In this document: in pieces, positions 49,455 through 62,704 of the stretch | How positions within the stretch are numbered: the stretch's first letter is position 1 | Layout of the letters: every line of letters starts with the position of its first letter | NCBI RefSeq assembly: GCF_036971445.1 | Contig: NC_091472.1 | Coordinates: 119,598,001-119,662,000, forward strand | Reading direction: 5' to 3' | Source of the DNA: Narcine bancroftii | Lineage: Eukaryota | Length of the DNA: 64,000 bases | Notes under the pieces: generated by a model | The model's database searches: none | What the model was told of the DNA's origin: nothing | The model's input: the letters and a program-made list of their open reading frames with translations, nothing else | Made by a program: the position numbers and the translations under genes

Positions 49455-52400
49455 TCAATAATTGCAGAAGATCATTTAACTTGGCGTAACCCAGGAGGAG
49501 TCGGCGCAACTCTCCTACAGTCGGCGGGGCGTAAATTCCGTGTTTCTCTCCCGAGGCCAGGCTAAAATCATAGCAGACATTTCTACCGCCTTTGGTCGTT
49601 AAATATTCGAAGCGCACCTGATCACTGTACAAACTTCTGCTGTTGATTCGGAGCGATTCACAACCACGGAATAATATCCAAATAAAGGGCCGAATAATCG
49701 GCTCAATCCTCGCCTCCTCCAGAGCGAGATCGCTAGAGTAGCAACAGGAGCTCCCTCTCGAAATTGAGAATCGAGACTCCGGTGGCCCGGTCCCTCTTCC
49801 AAAGTTAGGGCAAAAAAAACACCCGGGGAAAATAATGAAACAACGAGGAAAGAAACCAAACACTCTGCAGGTCAAAATATAACGTAAACGGAAACGAGGA
49901 ATTCGAATTCCGTTGTAAAGATGTAACACGTTTAATTGTGGTGACCTATTATATTAACGTGGGGGAAATAATTTTATATTAAACATTGAACTTGAAACTA
50001 GAGGTTCAATAAAAGGTCTCAGCAGCTGAATAATTGAAAGTGAGAGACTGCAATGCCCATTACTGCAACATAATATTAAATGAATAATGAATGTTCCTGT
50101 TTTGATACAACATTCAGTCGGTTATCTCGCGACGTAAATTCAGGAATAATTTAAATATTTCCTATTCTGGTCTGTGGCTTAGATGTAGCTACACACAAAA
50201 AAAGAATAGTGTCTGTCCTCTAGTAATATTTTATGTGGAACTATTCCACAGAGGTTTTCACATCATTTTTGTCTTTCATGGAACCATGATTGCTTTAGGG
50301 TCCGAAACAGCCTAGCAGTGTGACTGAATCTGTAAAGACGCCGTCATGTTGTTGAATATGGATGGATGTGCGTGGAAAAATATCGACGCGTGAGAAGGTT
50401 TGTGTGGGTGCTTATGTGTGACTGTCAGAGAGATTGTGTGCAAAATATACAAATGACATGGAATATTTGTGTATGTATCTATGTTGGAATATGAAAGAAT
50501 ATTTAAGGAAGAGAAAATGTGTATGTGCACATATGTAGAAGCGCATGAATTTATAGATATATTTTCTTAATTTCTCATATCGGCTAAAATATCATTTTAT
50601 AATAACTCGATCTTAAATCTTTTGATCTTTAAGAGGAACATTTATATCAGGTCAGTAGCAATTCATGGAATGAAATGAGACCTGATTTCAAACCGTGAAG
50701 GCAACCTTTAAGTATCACGGTGGAGTTCTATTTTTTCACTTATTTTTAAAAATCCAATTTCATTGAAGAAAACGAAGTTCCCATTTGGCAGGAAAAAAAA
50801 ATTGCGTTCCTAGGTTAAGACTACAGGTGAGAGAGTGGGATTAGCTGAGAGGACCCTTCTTTTGGCTGTAACATTCCACGCGTTAATTTTCCGCCTGGGT
50901 TAAATGTGAGGACACCTTTTAAGGTCTCAATTTCTGTGGAGGGCAATATTATCCGAAAGCATTCACTTCATGCGTATGACCACTTTTTCTTGTTTCTGGC
51001 CAAACATCATTGTGGCCACACACTGCGTCGGAGTGGACCTCTCAAATTGTGCGCGTCCTGGCGATAGATTAAACCCGTTGACTAAAGCTTGATATTTTCT
51101 TTTAATTTAGCCGTGAGTGAAGCAGACTTCTCCATGTTACTCAATGGAAAGTGTAACAAGCAACATCACTGTCCTTCCTGCAGGCACAAGTTACGGAACA
51201 AGATTTCATCTTTCTTTCACCAGTTTGAAATGATTCACTATTTCTCCTTAAAACGGCCTTGATATTTACATCCAAACGAACTCCAGTAGTCTCGCCAGGT
51301 TTATATTATACGCCCCTCTTGAATATCTAAATGAGTTTTGCTCTTTAACAAGATATTCAGCGCATGCAATATTTTATGTTTAATTAGAAACAGTCTTCAA
51401 AGTGAAAATTACTTTTTTATCTCTTCCCCTCTCTATAAGATAGCCCCACCCCCACACACTCACTAATATACAAAGTGCACAAAACTAAGGATGGTTCAGA
51501 ATTAGTTACCGGCATTCTCTTCACAATGTCTAAATTGTTGTGGGGGGAAATGGCAATATTTAAACTTAACGCGTGACTCGTTATTAATCTATTGGTTTGG
51601 AATTGTACCTGTCCCAGGATGCAGTCAAATGTACTCAAAACTGGATTGTTTGCCTGCTCTTTGCATATGTGTTTTAAAATCATGGAACAAAAGATAACCT
51701 GGCACCCAGTTCATTGTTTTTAACAATTAGACGAACGGACCTGTAACTTTAAAATGACTCTGTGTGCTGGAACCCTATGCTAAATGCGCAATTGAGAGTT
51801 ACGGTCTCGTGCACGTCCATGGAAATGTTATTGCCGACCGAGGCACACAAAATGCAAGGGTCTCTATAAGTGTGTCTGCATTGTTGAAGGGCACGCTGAG
51901 CCCAATGTAATGTTGCAGCCTCACTTTCATGTTAACTTTTAGGCATTTTAAACCGTCTCCTGGCAGATTGGGGGAGAGTTGGATATCTTATGAAACAAAA
52001 TTAAAACTTATCGTTTAAGAGATTTGGGAAGGCTTAAAAAAAACCCAAAGGCCTTTTTTCCCCCGCAGAGTGGAACAGCAGGAAACAGTATTTGGAAGGT
52101 TTGCTTTCAGCTGACTGCACTCCCGGTGGCTAGAACTTTACACAGTAAGTGAAATTATAACAGGCCACTCACTGTCAGTTCTCTCCATGTTCAGCGGCCG
52201 AATCACTGCAAAACAAACTCACAATCTCCATTCCTTCAAATGTCATGTTGCATTGTGTTTGAGGAGAGCTTGGGCGGCAAAGAGTCTGAGGGATTGTGGA
52301 TTCAAAATCAGCTGCTCGATTCTAACCCATTAAAAAAAGCGGCAAACGTTGAGCGGATGAGTGGGATGTTGGGTCACGTTGAATAAATGTGGGCTTAAAA

Positions 52401-54097
52401 AAAAATCAGACATCTGTATTGTATTTTGCTCAACAAGCAGTCTCAATCGTGCCATCTTACTGACGGTAGTTGTGGCAAAAAAGCTCAACGTTTAAACGAA
52501 GAGCAATTCCCACATTTCACATTTACTCAGAAAACGTACACAGGGTGAACTAAAAGGAAACACAACCCGAAGAGAACACACTTCTCAATCAGTCTGTTTT
52601 TGTTCAGGGTGCAGGAGTTGGTATCAATCCAATATTAACCTTTGCAGCTTCCACCTCGCTGGGACCGCCATTTTCTGCCGGCCAAATGGATCATAGGAGG
52701 CTACCGAAATAAATCTTCACTCAGCAGAGGTGGACTGGGAGGAAAATCATTTAGTTTACCGGATTCAGATGGTGCGCGGCTGTGTGCAGTTTTACGGCTG
52801 GCACGCTTGAAACTGACTGAGCGTGTTTATTTTTTTATTGTCTGCGGCATGGGCGCACATTTTGATGTAGATTCACGGCCTGTTTATAAACGAGTTCTCA
52901 AGCAATCGTTTATCCACGCCCCAGGCGAAATCTTAAATCATTTAAATTTGCTGAATTGAAAACTGCGATCAATTAGGGATTTTCTAAAACAGGTTGATGA
53001 CATCGTCTGGGAAAAATTACAGCAATGGTGTTAATACATGTAATTTTCTGCTCACCGCTTCCTTCCGTCTTAAAATCAATTTGATCGTTTACCTCTCACA
53101 GAAAAAAAAAACCCGTCTCACTCCCCATGTTTGTACAGAAGACGAATATTTATGGTGACAGAAACCATCAAACATGGGCAAGATTTAAAGTCGCGGGATC
53201 AGCAGGAATCACCAAAGGTTTAGTTAGATTTTTTATAAAAATGCTTATACTCCAGCGTACTTTGGTCCCATGCTCTGCTCCCTCGTCCACTGCAGGGTTG
53301 CGGTAGGCGAGAGCTGGGGGAGGAAGTGAGCACGGCATGTTTGCCGAATTTATCTCCCGAACGCGCAGAGAAGGTTCCAACAATGGGGTCAGTCGCAGTG
53401 GCCCAATATTATCTGACCTCGCGATCTCTCAGGTAGAAGATGCCGCTCGTGTGGCATTCTCTCTTGAACAGAGGGAAAGAAAAGCCCGGAGCTGGGCGCC
53501 TGATTAAGTGAAAAGCGTGCTTCGTAATCGACCCCAAGATCAGAGTTCACCGCGAGGTAAACTGGAGAGCTCAACTCTGTCTTGTCCCACGATGATGTTC
53601 ATACTCAATATTAAAATATCACCGCAGTAATCGGCCGGCGGGTTTGTGAAGGGGGTTGGAGTCAGAAATGTAACCTTTCACTGCACTCATTTTACACCGA
53701 TTTCATCCCTGATCTCTCGCCCTTCACCACGCTCAGGAGATGAACAGTTCCTCAAATAAATTCACAGGGGACTTCAAAAACAAGCACCTGAAACGGAACG
53801 GGGGCTGGCAATGGATTGAACGGAATGGAATTTATTCACGATCCGGTTTCAAAAGCTTAAAATAGCGCTCTGAGCGTTTAAACTTATAAAATGAATCCAG
53901 GCCAAACAGTAATAACTTTGCAGAAACCGGAGTGATAATTGCACACGCTAAAATTAAACGCCCGAAACTTCAGAGGTAAAAATAATAATAATAAGTTGGA
54001 ACTTTAAGTTAAGTTCCGAAAAGAAAGATTTGTACTGAGAAAGGCACACATTGTAAAATATGGCGGCTGCGGATTTATCAGTTGGCCGACTCCTTAC

Positions 54098-54495
54098 CTC
54101 CCCGCTTTCGTGACTATCATTTCGGTTCCAAGCTGGTTAAACTCGTCCCAAAGTGCTTTCATCTCCAACTGCACCGTGATGTTGGCCACTTTCGGGTTCT
54201 TCTTGACCAGGGCTTTGCCGGACGCAGCGACCGAACTGCAGTTGGAAGCGCCGGTGTCTGCTTCTGACGAGGATGCCGAGCCGCTGCTCTCAAAACTGCT
54301 GTAGCTGCCGTGCTGTGCTCGCGGGCACGACTCGTAGTGGGCTTCGTGGGTGTAGGCACCCGGGTCCCCGGGCGAAGGGGAGAGGTGATAACCGGCCGAC
54401 GAGTTGAGACTACTAATGCTGCTGGCGGTAAAGGCTGCAACATCACAAAAGTGGGAGAGTTGTGTCAGCCACGGGCTAGAGATTGCTGATATCAT
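54098..54495 (-). CDS. TBX1: TBX1 coding exon 2 (N-terminal region and start of T-box), with its own ATG and two internal acceptors
   Basis: [26 protein letters not shown]...[26 protein letters not shown]. Phase-1 acceptors give exon starts at 54485 (atcag|CAATC) and 54434 (ttgcag|CCTTT). Donor AG|GTAAGG. Confidence 0.97.
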
Positions 54496-54895
54496 TTTCC
54501 AAGTTATTCCTCGCTTCCGTGGCGCTTTGAGAAAACAAATCTGATCTCAGATTTTCCTTCTCCCGCTCGCTTCCCTGCTCCCTCTGTCCCTCTCTGCAGC
54601 ACAACACCGTGCAGTGCGCCGTGCTACAGCTCTTCCCCGGGGCCCTTATCTTAGACAGAAGGCCTCCCTCGCCATGGAATCGAAAACCTCCCTCTCTCTC
54701 TCCCTCACACAAACACACACACACACACTCTCTCTCTCTACTGAGATAACCCCCGACAGGTAATGTGGATTTCCTCGCTCTGGGACGTGGCCTGATAGTC
54801 TGATTGACAACGCAGCGCGCCGTTTTTTTTAATGCTCTCCCTGACACCCATGACTTAAAGTGGGGGTGGGGTTGGTGGTCGGGTGAGAGAAGGGG

Positions 54896-55120
54896 NNNNN
54901 NNNNNNNNNNNNNNNNNNNNNNNNNNNNNNNNNNNNNNNNNNNNNNNNNNNNNNNNNNNNNNNNNNNNNNNNNNNNNNNNNNNNNNNNNNNNNNNNNNNN
55001 NNNNNNNNNNNNNNNNNNNNNNNNNNNNNNNNNNNNNNNNNNNNNNNNNNNNNNNNNNNNNNNNNNNNNNNNNNNNNNNNNNNNNNNNNNNNNNNNNNNN
55101 NNNNNNNNNNNNNNNNNNNN
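54896..55120. other. Assembly gap in TBX1 intron 1
   Basis: Run of N. Confidence 0.99.
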
Positions 55121-55266
55121 ACACACACACTATCTCACACACGCTCTCACACACACACTCACGCACACACTCTCTCTCACACACACGCTCTCACACACAC
55201 ACTCACGCTCACACACTCTCATGCACACCCTCTCTCTGTCTCTCTCTCTCTCACACACACACACAC
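55121..55266. repeat. (CA)n/(CT)n compound microsatellite next to an assembly gap
   Basis: Visible directly in the sequence. Confidence 0.9.
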
Positions 55267-55636
55267 TGAAACAATGGGCACCCACGTTTGCATTGGAAAC
55301 CATTCAGACAGTAACAAACATCATGGCTGCATAAATGACAACGTGTGGACTATCAGAATAACTCGCGGACTTAAACCAGACCTTCGAAAGGAGAATGTTT
55401 AGTTGTATCTCTGTGGGGGGAGAACTGATATTGACACATTAATACAATCAAATAAAACGTCCCACATCAAATGCTACTCGCATGTCGCCTTGTCCATGTG
55501 AGCACTGCAGCCTCCCTTCTGCAGGGCAAATTTGCCTGTACGTTGCGCAATAAGAGCAGTGGGATTCTCGCGAAACCAGGTTTCTCGTGTCCGTGTCGAT
55601 TTTTAATGAAAAAAAGTAGCTTCGGCAATCACTCAC

Positions 55637-55817
55637 CTTCCATGTCTCTTGTGACGGTGCTAAAATGCATCCTACTGCACGTTAGACTTAGTTCGAAGTG
55701 CTTGCCGAGGGCAGTATTGGGCAGAATCGCTTCGTTTCCTGGTTGCTCGGCCGCTGAAATTAGAGAGGCAATTCTGAAAGCAGTCGCCTTGGGAGAGAGC
55801 GCGCTGCTTTCGTCCAT
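55637..55817 (-). CDS. TBX1: TBX1 upstream coding exon (MDESSALSPKATAFRIASLI...SRMHFSTVTRDME)
   Basis: Ends in MHFSTVTRDME, the N-terminus of human TBX1. ATG at 55817 follows an in-frame TAA; internal ATG at 55670. Donor GAAG|GTGAGT, phase 1. Confidence 0.88.
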
Positions 55818-56289
55818 AGGATATGGGGTTTAAAGGCGCTGGAATTTCCCCCTTCCTTCCTCTTCACCCCGAGATCGCTGTAAGCGAACAAAACGGACCC
55901 GAGTTTAATGGTCTTTCGGCACGGAAAGTCTGCTTTTGAAACGAGGTGTTGGGCCTTCGGGTGTTGGAAATGCTCTTGTGTGTTTTTTTTTACATTTTCT
56001 CCAGCGAGTTTTTGTTTTCTCGCGGGATTTATCGAAAATACATCTTCATTGTTTTTGAGGGGAAAGGGGCAAGAGCGTGCGTTTTAGCAGCCCCATCCTG
56101 CCCGTTCCTCCTCCCACCCCCCTCCTCCTCTCCCCGGGCTCCCCCATTCACAAGCGCCTTGCTGATGTCACATGCATCTGGCAAAGCGAACTGATCCAGC
56201 TCCTCGAAGCCAAATGTCAAAACTGACGGCTCCTTCACCGCCCTCTCTCCACCCACCCCGGGCCCTGCTGAAAACGGGCCTCGCATGCG

Positions 56290-56500
56290 AACTTTTATTT
56301 GAGCCGCTTCCTGTCAATCAGAGGAGAAACGTTTTGTTGAATCCAGAAGCAAGACAGAGAGGCAGGGAGAGAGAACCGACGTCATTGCGGATGTCCGGCG
56401 AGCTGAACTCATTGAATCTGCTGAACCTGTACCAAACTTAAACAATTCGGCAAGTTGAACGGGGTTGCTCGATCGCTCCCTTTATACCAATAGAGGTCAA
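56290..56500 (-). promoter_or_regulatory. Candidate TBX1 upstream promoter
   Basis: CpG-rich. TATAAA on the minus strand at 56481-56486 next to a CCAAT, and a perfect PBX-MEIS/PREP decamer TGATTGACAG at 56311-56320. TSS not determinable from sequence. Confidence 0.45.
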
Positions 56501-57020
56501 GGGAGGTGGGCAATAACCAAAGCTGCCGTTCTCTACCGGTGAGCTGGTTTCCAAAGGCACATTTTACGAGCGTCGAAGGAGAACCTTGACTTGTTGGCGT
56601 TGGACACTGCAGCTGCAATAAATGACCCCACAAAAGAGAAGCCGAAGTAAGGGAGTCGGCGGGTCAAGGCAGCATCCACGGTCAGAAATGGGGGGTCAAC
56701 GTTTCGGTTTGAGACCATTTCTCTCCCCGGATGCTTCCTGGCTCGCGGAGTCTTTCCAGCTTCATATTATTTGCTCAAAATGCATCTGCACTCTCTGTGT
56801 TTCTAGTACCTACGCTCACTGGGATAGAACACTAGTTAGTTCATATTCTTACTGACGTAGTATATCAATTTACTGGTGCAGATCACTCAAACTGGTGCGA
56901 ACATTTACTGGTGTAATACACGAGTACGTACGCTAAACTGGTTGAACACTAACGAGTTCACACACTTACTCCTGTCCAATACTAACAAGTACATATACTT
57001 CCTGGTGTATAATATTAACT

Positions 57021-57022
<2 letters not shown>

Positions 57023-57074
<52 letters not shown>

Positions 57075-57086
57075 CACACATACACA
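57023..57086. repeat. (CA)n microsatellite
   Basis: Visible directly in the sequence. Confidence 0.9.
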
Positions 57087-58310
57087 GACTAATTAATATT
57101 TACCGGTGTTGTGCTCAATAACCAGTTCATACATTAACTGATGAGAACAGTGCGGCTAATTATTCTGTGATACAAATCTATTTCTTAACAAGAAGTCTAT
57201 CAATAGGCCATTGTGAATCCAAATCCCCTGAATGATACAAACATTCCCCAATAAGAAAGCTATTAATGGGTCACTGTGATTCCAACTTCCCTGAACGGCT
57301 CAAATCCGACATGTTTTTAACACAGCTCTCGCCAGGACGATTCCTGGTGGGGATTCGAGCCACGCTGAACTGTCGAGATAACAGGATCGGTATGTGATGA
57401 AATGTGCTGAAGGGGAGTGGACATCAGGACTTGACTCAAATTCAACCTCCTCTGTCCACCTATCCCTTCTTCTGGTAGCAGTCCAATGCTTAATGGGGGC
57501 AAATTTCGGTCTCTGCACCTAGAGCCTTATGACCGCAGGCAATCGGTCGCCTCTTAATTATGAGGACTCTTGTCGTGTTCGGTTGAATTAGCAGAGCTGA
57601 GAAATTTCACACCCAGCAACTCCTTGTTACTCCACTCTCTGTCGCTATGAGCACCATTTACACTGACGTCTTCGGTAAATTTCAAACTACGTTCTCGCCC
57701 CACAAATGTAATAAAAATAAACCTAAGCTTTAGAGCTGTTATTAAAAACAGCTGGCTTGTGAACGAAGTCGGGTTTAATCTGAAAATGAATATAAAATAT
57801 TCATAAAAACTTTGATGAAGGGTTCAAGCTTCTCTATCTTTACCTTTGCTACATAAAGGACACGGTTTGACGAGATGGGCTTCTCCAGCATTTTGTGTTT
57901 TACTTCAGCCACAGTGTCTACAGAATTTTGTGATTTACAAATGAAAAATATAAGAGCATAAGAAATGGCAGCAGGAAAAGACCATCTGTTGACCAGGACG
58001 AAACTACTTGCTCTGACCATATCAAGATTTATTAGATCTTATGTTTTGTAACCAGATCTATTTTTATTTTTTATGTTTTCAGAAAAAATAAGTCACAGGA
58101 CCTTAATAATTTTAACAAGTGTTTTTAAATAACTCCGGCTCTCTGCCGCTATGTTTATGCTCGAAGCGGTTGCGCCGCATAGGTACTCCTGAACGGGACG
58201 TTTGCCTAGTAGTTAGAATCGCTAAAAAAAAAACACAGCAGATAATTTCCTTCCACGGTCAAATGTCTCGACGTAATCGGATTCTTTCTATCCTTCAGGT
58301 CTAGCAGCAG

Positions 58311-58435
58311 GGAATAAAATTTATTAACATTCAGCTCAGTTTCCGAAAGGTTAATCTCAGGGTGGGTGGAATAAAATTTATATACATTCAGCTCAGTTTC
58401 CGAAAGGTTAATCTCAGACTGGGTGGAATAAAATT
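58311..58435. repeat. 57-bp tandem repeat, ~2.2 copies
   Basis: GGAATAAAATT starts at 58311, 58368 and 58425; the intervening units are nearly identical. Confidence 0.9.
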
Positions 58436-61400
58436 AAGACAATTTCTGCTTATAATGTTGGTATGGAGATTTATTCCGAGTTAAGAGGAAATAAAATCCG
58501 CATTGGTCCGACTTTTTACTTCTTAAAAGTAGCTGAAACCAAGACTTTGCAGATAAGAAAGACAAGGTGATTCATGTTCTGTCTGTGTAGTGTGCGAGCC
58601 AAGGCCGACACTTTTAATCATTGCCATGTCGGAAGTGTCTTTTTCTCCGACTCTGCAGGTGTTAAAAGATAAAATGCATCGCTCGGGAAAAGAGGATCTG
58701 TTTAACCAGTATTTTGCGGTATTTCTCCGGGGAGTTAGGCCCGGTTAGAGCTGCCTCAAGACACCAGAGCTGAGAAATATATAGATCCAGGGACCCCAGT
58801 ACAACAAATCGTGGATTTATAATTAATGGTCACCCACCACTTTTCATTATTTTTCACACTTTGTAACTACCTTCTCATTTAAACCAGGAATACACATCCT
58901 CTGGGCTCAGTTTCTTACCGTATAGATTAATTGGATGAAAGAAGCTTTTCCGAGGAAATCCACTCAAAAGCAAAATAACATCTTTAAAAACAAAACCTTT
59001 TGTTGGGCTTCCTCCCCCCCCCCCCCCCCACAAAGAAAACTGTAAAATATATTCTAACATCACCTTAATGCCCGGAAATGATCAACTCGGAGACAATTAA
59101 CTTGCAATAAGCATTACTTACATTTCAAATGGAGATGGATATATTTTTTTCTCAGCTGGAACAGATTTTGCGCCAATCACTCCCGTGCTCAAATATTCTT
59201 TTTATTGTTGACCATGCGCTCGTCTCCGGTGACGCATTAGTTTTAGCTTGAGCGCAAAGTTTGACTTGACCCATTGACGGTCAGTTTGATGGTATTATTC
59301 AACGTGAGGATTAAAATTCTAATCCTACACTCTCACACTCTAACGCAAAGTAAAACAATGCCATACAAGGAACGCACTAAATATATGTATTCCGTAGTAT
59401 GAATTTAAGGACCATTATTAAACTGCAACGGAGATTCTGATTATAGCATTTGCCCACATCGGTAATCGCGCGGCCTCTAGAGCGTATGTCTAATCTGTCT
59501 AAATTTGCCTTTTAATGTGAACTCCCCGCTGTCTGCAAATGCATACAGCGAATGCGACGCGAATTGTTGACACGAGGCCTTTATAGACGAATTCTTAAAC
59601 TGAAAGCTGAGCCTGATTAATGGGCCAATGCTCCCCCCCCCCCCCACCACCCCTGCTACCTTGTTGAAACCGGGAACCCTCAAATAAAAAGAGACCTTAT
59701 TATGTGAAATGAGTGTACAACGTTCATTTATCTCCCATATTAGTGAGGAGCGGGAAGGTGGTGGGGGCTTTATCGTGGTCGAATCATTTCTTCCATTGTG
59801 GTTATCCTCATTGTGCAGCCTCCAGGGTCTTTAACAGAATTAACCCCTAGTTAAAGTCTCATTCTCAGAGGTAGTTTAAACTCACGTAATTAGCAGCACA
59901 CGGGATCACCTCGGCCAAGCCTACACTTGTTTTGCACGAATATCTGTCAAATCGGTCGTTGTTTGACAACCCATCGCTGGCTCCCAGCTCTGCCTGACTG
60001 AACTACGGTTCGATAAGGTGCTGCAGAGATTTTAAGGGTTTGCATTCAAACTCACAGACAAGTCTGAGCAAATAAAAGGTCACCAATCCAGCATATTTAT
60101 GTTCAGAAAGTCAGCGCGACCCCTTAATGAACCAAGATGCAAATGATATTGAGTCTCGGTGGACGATAACCGCGAATTAATTTAACTCCCTGTTAACCCG
60201 TGACTGCTGTCTAATTGACCGAATGTTGTGTGTCTGTGTGAATCAAATCCACTTCTAACCTCCGATCGCTTCCAACCACTTACTTCTCCTCGCTCCTGCC
60301 CCATTCCCCGTCAATCCTTACCCAGCCGAGCGTTTGCTAATTTCAGATTGGATTTATCTCGCACCATCCTTTCTGGATCGCGTTCCAGCGGTCAATATAT
60401 TACAGCAACAGGACACAGTACTGTAATGTCAAGAAATACCCAACTACACTTAAATATCGAGCTTAGACAGCGGGGAAATTCTCCGAATGTGACACTTACG
60501 CGATGGTTAAGCGCTTGAAACGTGTTTTCTTCCTGTAAAGTTTATAACAGGATCCGTTCTGCTTTTAATGCACATATGGCGCATGCTAGGGGTCACACAC
60601 TCTCTGATTTCACGCCATTTCGGGAGGTTTCTTGAAGTTGAACGTACTGCAAACTTCCATCTAGGGGTACGATCATCTTGGTTCCCAGCTGAAAGTTCAG
60701 GTGTCGACTGCGGACGTTCTTACCACCCAGTCCTCCCTTCCCGCCCCTCCCCCCGCCCTCACCCTCACATCCCACCAACAGCAGAGGGGAATTAAATGTC
60801 GGGCTCAAGAATGCTAGAATCCCTCTTCCTTTCCGCTTCTCCAGGTTAAAGAAAAGAGAAAAAAAATGTCCAGGACAACGCTTCTAATTTGAATCTGCGG
60901 TGACTGGAATTTCTTAACAGCCTATAACAAAAGTGAAACTAGGTAACCATTTCCTTTTTTTTGGCTTCTCTCCTTTCCAAGTTTTGCAAGTATCTTTGGC
61001 CTCTGCTGAGTGTCCATGTCAGGTGTTTGTGTTCACCTTGCAGTCGCCGTAACATTTTGTGCCCTCATTGTAATTTCAACCCTCCCCTCTTAAGTGCTGT
61101 CCGTCTCACCCCTTCCCCTTGCTTTATGAAACCCTAAATGTACAAATAGGCGGTTGGGTGGATGAAAAACTAACAAGAGCGGCCGATCTCAAATTCTGCA
61201 TGGTCTTAGGAGACGGTAAAACCGCCTACAGCACCTTGAAGGAAGGAAATGTTTACAGCGAGGATAGGAGGTGACATGAGTCTGTGCTTATCCCGCAGCC
61301 TGCTGCAAAAGTACAGAGACAATTTACCTTCTAATTGTCTTTGGAGGAGAATTAGGCCATTTGAAACATCGACTCCGCCCCGCCATTCCATCATGGCTGA

Positions 61401-61861
61401 TTTACTATCCCTTCCAATCCCATTTTCCCTGCAATCTTTGATTGTCCCCTCCTAGTCAAGAAACCATCTACCATCTCCGTCTTAAATATACTCGAACTCC
61501 TCAAAAATTTGAGAGTTCTTAGTCTTACTTCTGTTACTTTAAACAAAACAACTGTTTAAATGTTTCTAAAATGAGGGCGAGTAGGGAATGAGAGCACGAA
61601 CTCCAAAAAGTTGTAACGGTTCCAATACACAGTTTAAAGCAGTTTTCTCAAATATGCTTGGGTGATCCTTGCATCAACGAAGAAAAATATCTGTATAGGT
61701 TAGGTATTTAGGGTACATATCACACACAATATTTCCCGTGTATATGCTGCTTTCTGACATTTCTTCACACTGAGCTTTCCCTTCACTTCCAGCGTCCAAA
61801 CCATTTCAAAAGAGGCGGGCGATAATCTCACAGCATGGAAACATTTGTATAGTTTTAAAGT

Positions 61862-61909
<48 letters not shown>

Positions 61910-62130
61910 TGTGCGTATGTTTCTCTGTGCGAGAGAGAATGTATGTGTCTCCGTCTGTGTATCTCTATGTTTATGTGCATGCATGCCCCCCCCTCTCTCT
62001 GTATACATGTGTCTATATGGCTATATATCTATGTATGTGGGAGTGTGTTTTTATGTTTGTGCGAATGGGTGTGTTTGTGAGTGTGTGTGTGTGTGTGTAT
62101 GAGAGAGGGAGGGCGAGAGAGCAAGAGAGA
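61862..62130. repeat. (GA)n followed by degenerate (GT)n low-complexity sequence
   Basis: Visible directly in the sequence. Confidence 0.85.
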
Positions 62131-62567
62131 GTTATGGAATATTGAAGAGAGATGGTGGAATATTGTAAAATACTGCAACACAGATTCTATATCATTGATG
62201 CTCACTATAGGATATTGATATGAATATATTTTAAGGCATTGATTTCTGCATAATATTGCTCCTCATTTGTCACAGATGCCCTCATCAACGTCCACGGCGC
62301 ATTTAAATGGAATGACACTGTTTATTTGCCGTACGTGTTCACGTGGTCTTGGTACTTTGAGACTTAGAAGATATCAACAACAAAAACATAAATCTCCATA
62401 GCGAACTTAACGCAGGAAACGGAAAAGCCCCTAAATATCTGTCATTTATCCCAACACTAAATACATTATGGCAGATGTAAGGCGGTCAAAGGCTACCTGA
62501 TAACAATCTAACACATGTCGAACGGAGCGACAGACAGCGCTGACAGATAGTGCAGCTGACATGTTTA

Positions 62568-62704
62568 NNNNNNNNNNNNNNNNNNNNNNNNNNNNNNNNN
62601 NNNNNNNNNNNNNNNNNNNNNNNNNNNNNNNNNNNNNNNNNNNNNNNNNNNNNNNNNNNNNNNNNNNNNNNNNNNNNNNNNNNNNNNNNNNNNNNNNNNN
62701 NNNN
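62568..62704. other. Assembly gap
   Basis: Run of N. Confidence 0.99.

Noticed and set aside
54476-55334. Long ORFs spanning N runs (also near 41300 and 62560)
   Set aside because: Artefacts of assembly gaps and microsatellites.
56825-58435. CRISPR-like or other prokaryotic repeat arrays
   Set aside because: Vertebrate intron-exon context; the repeats are tandem without unique spacers and there are no cas genes.
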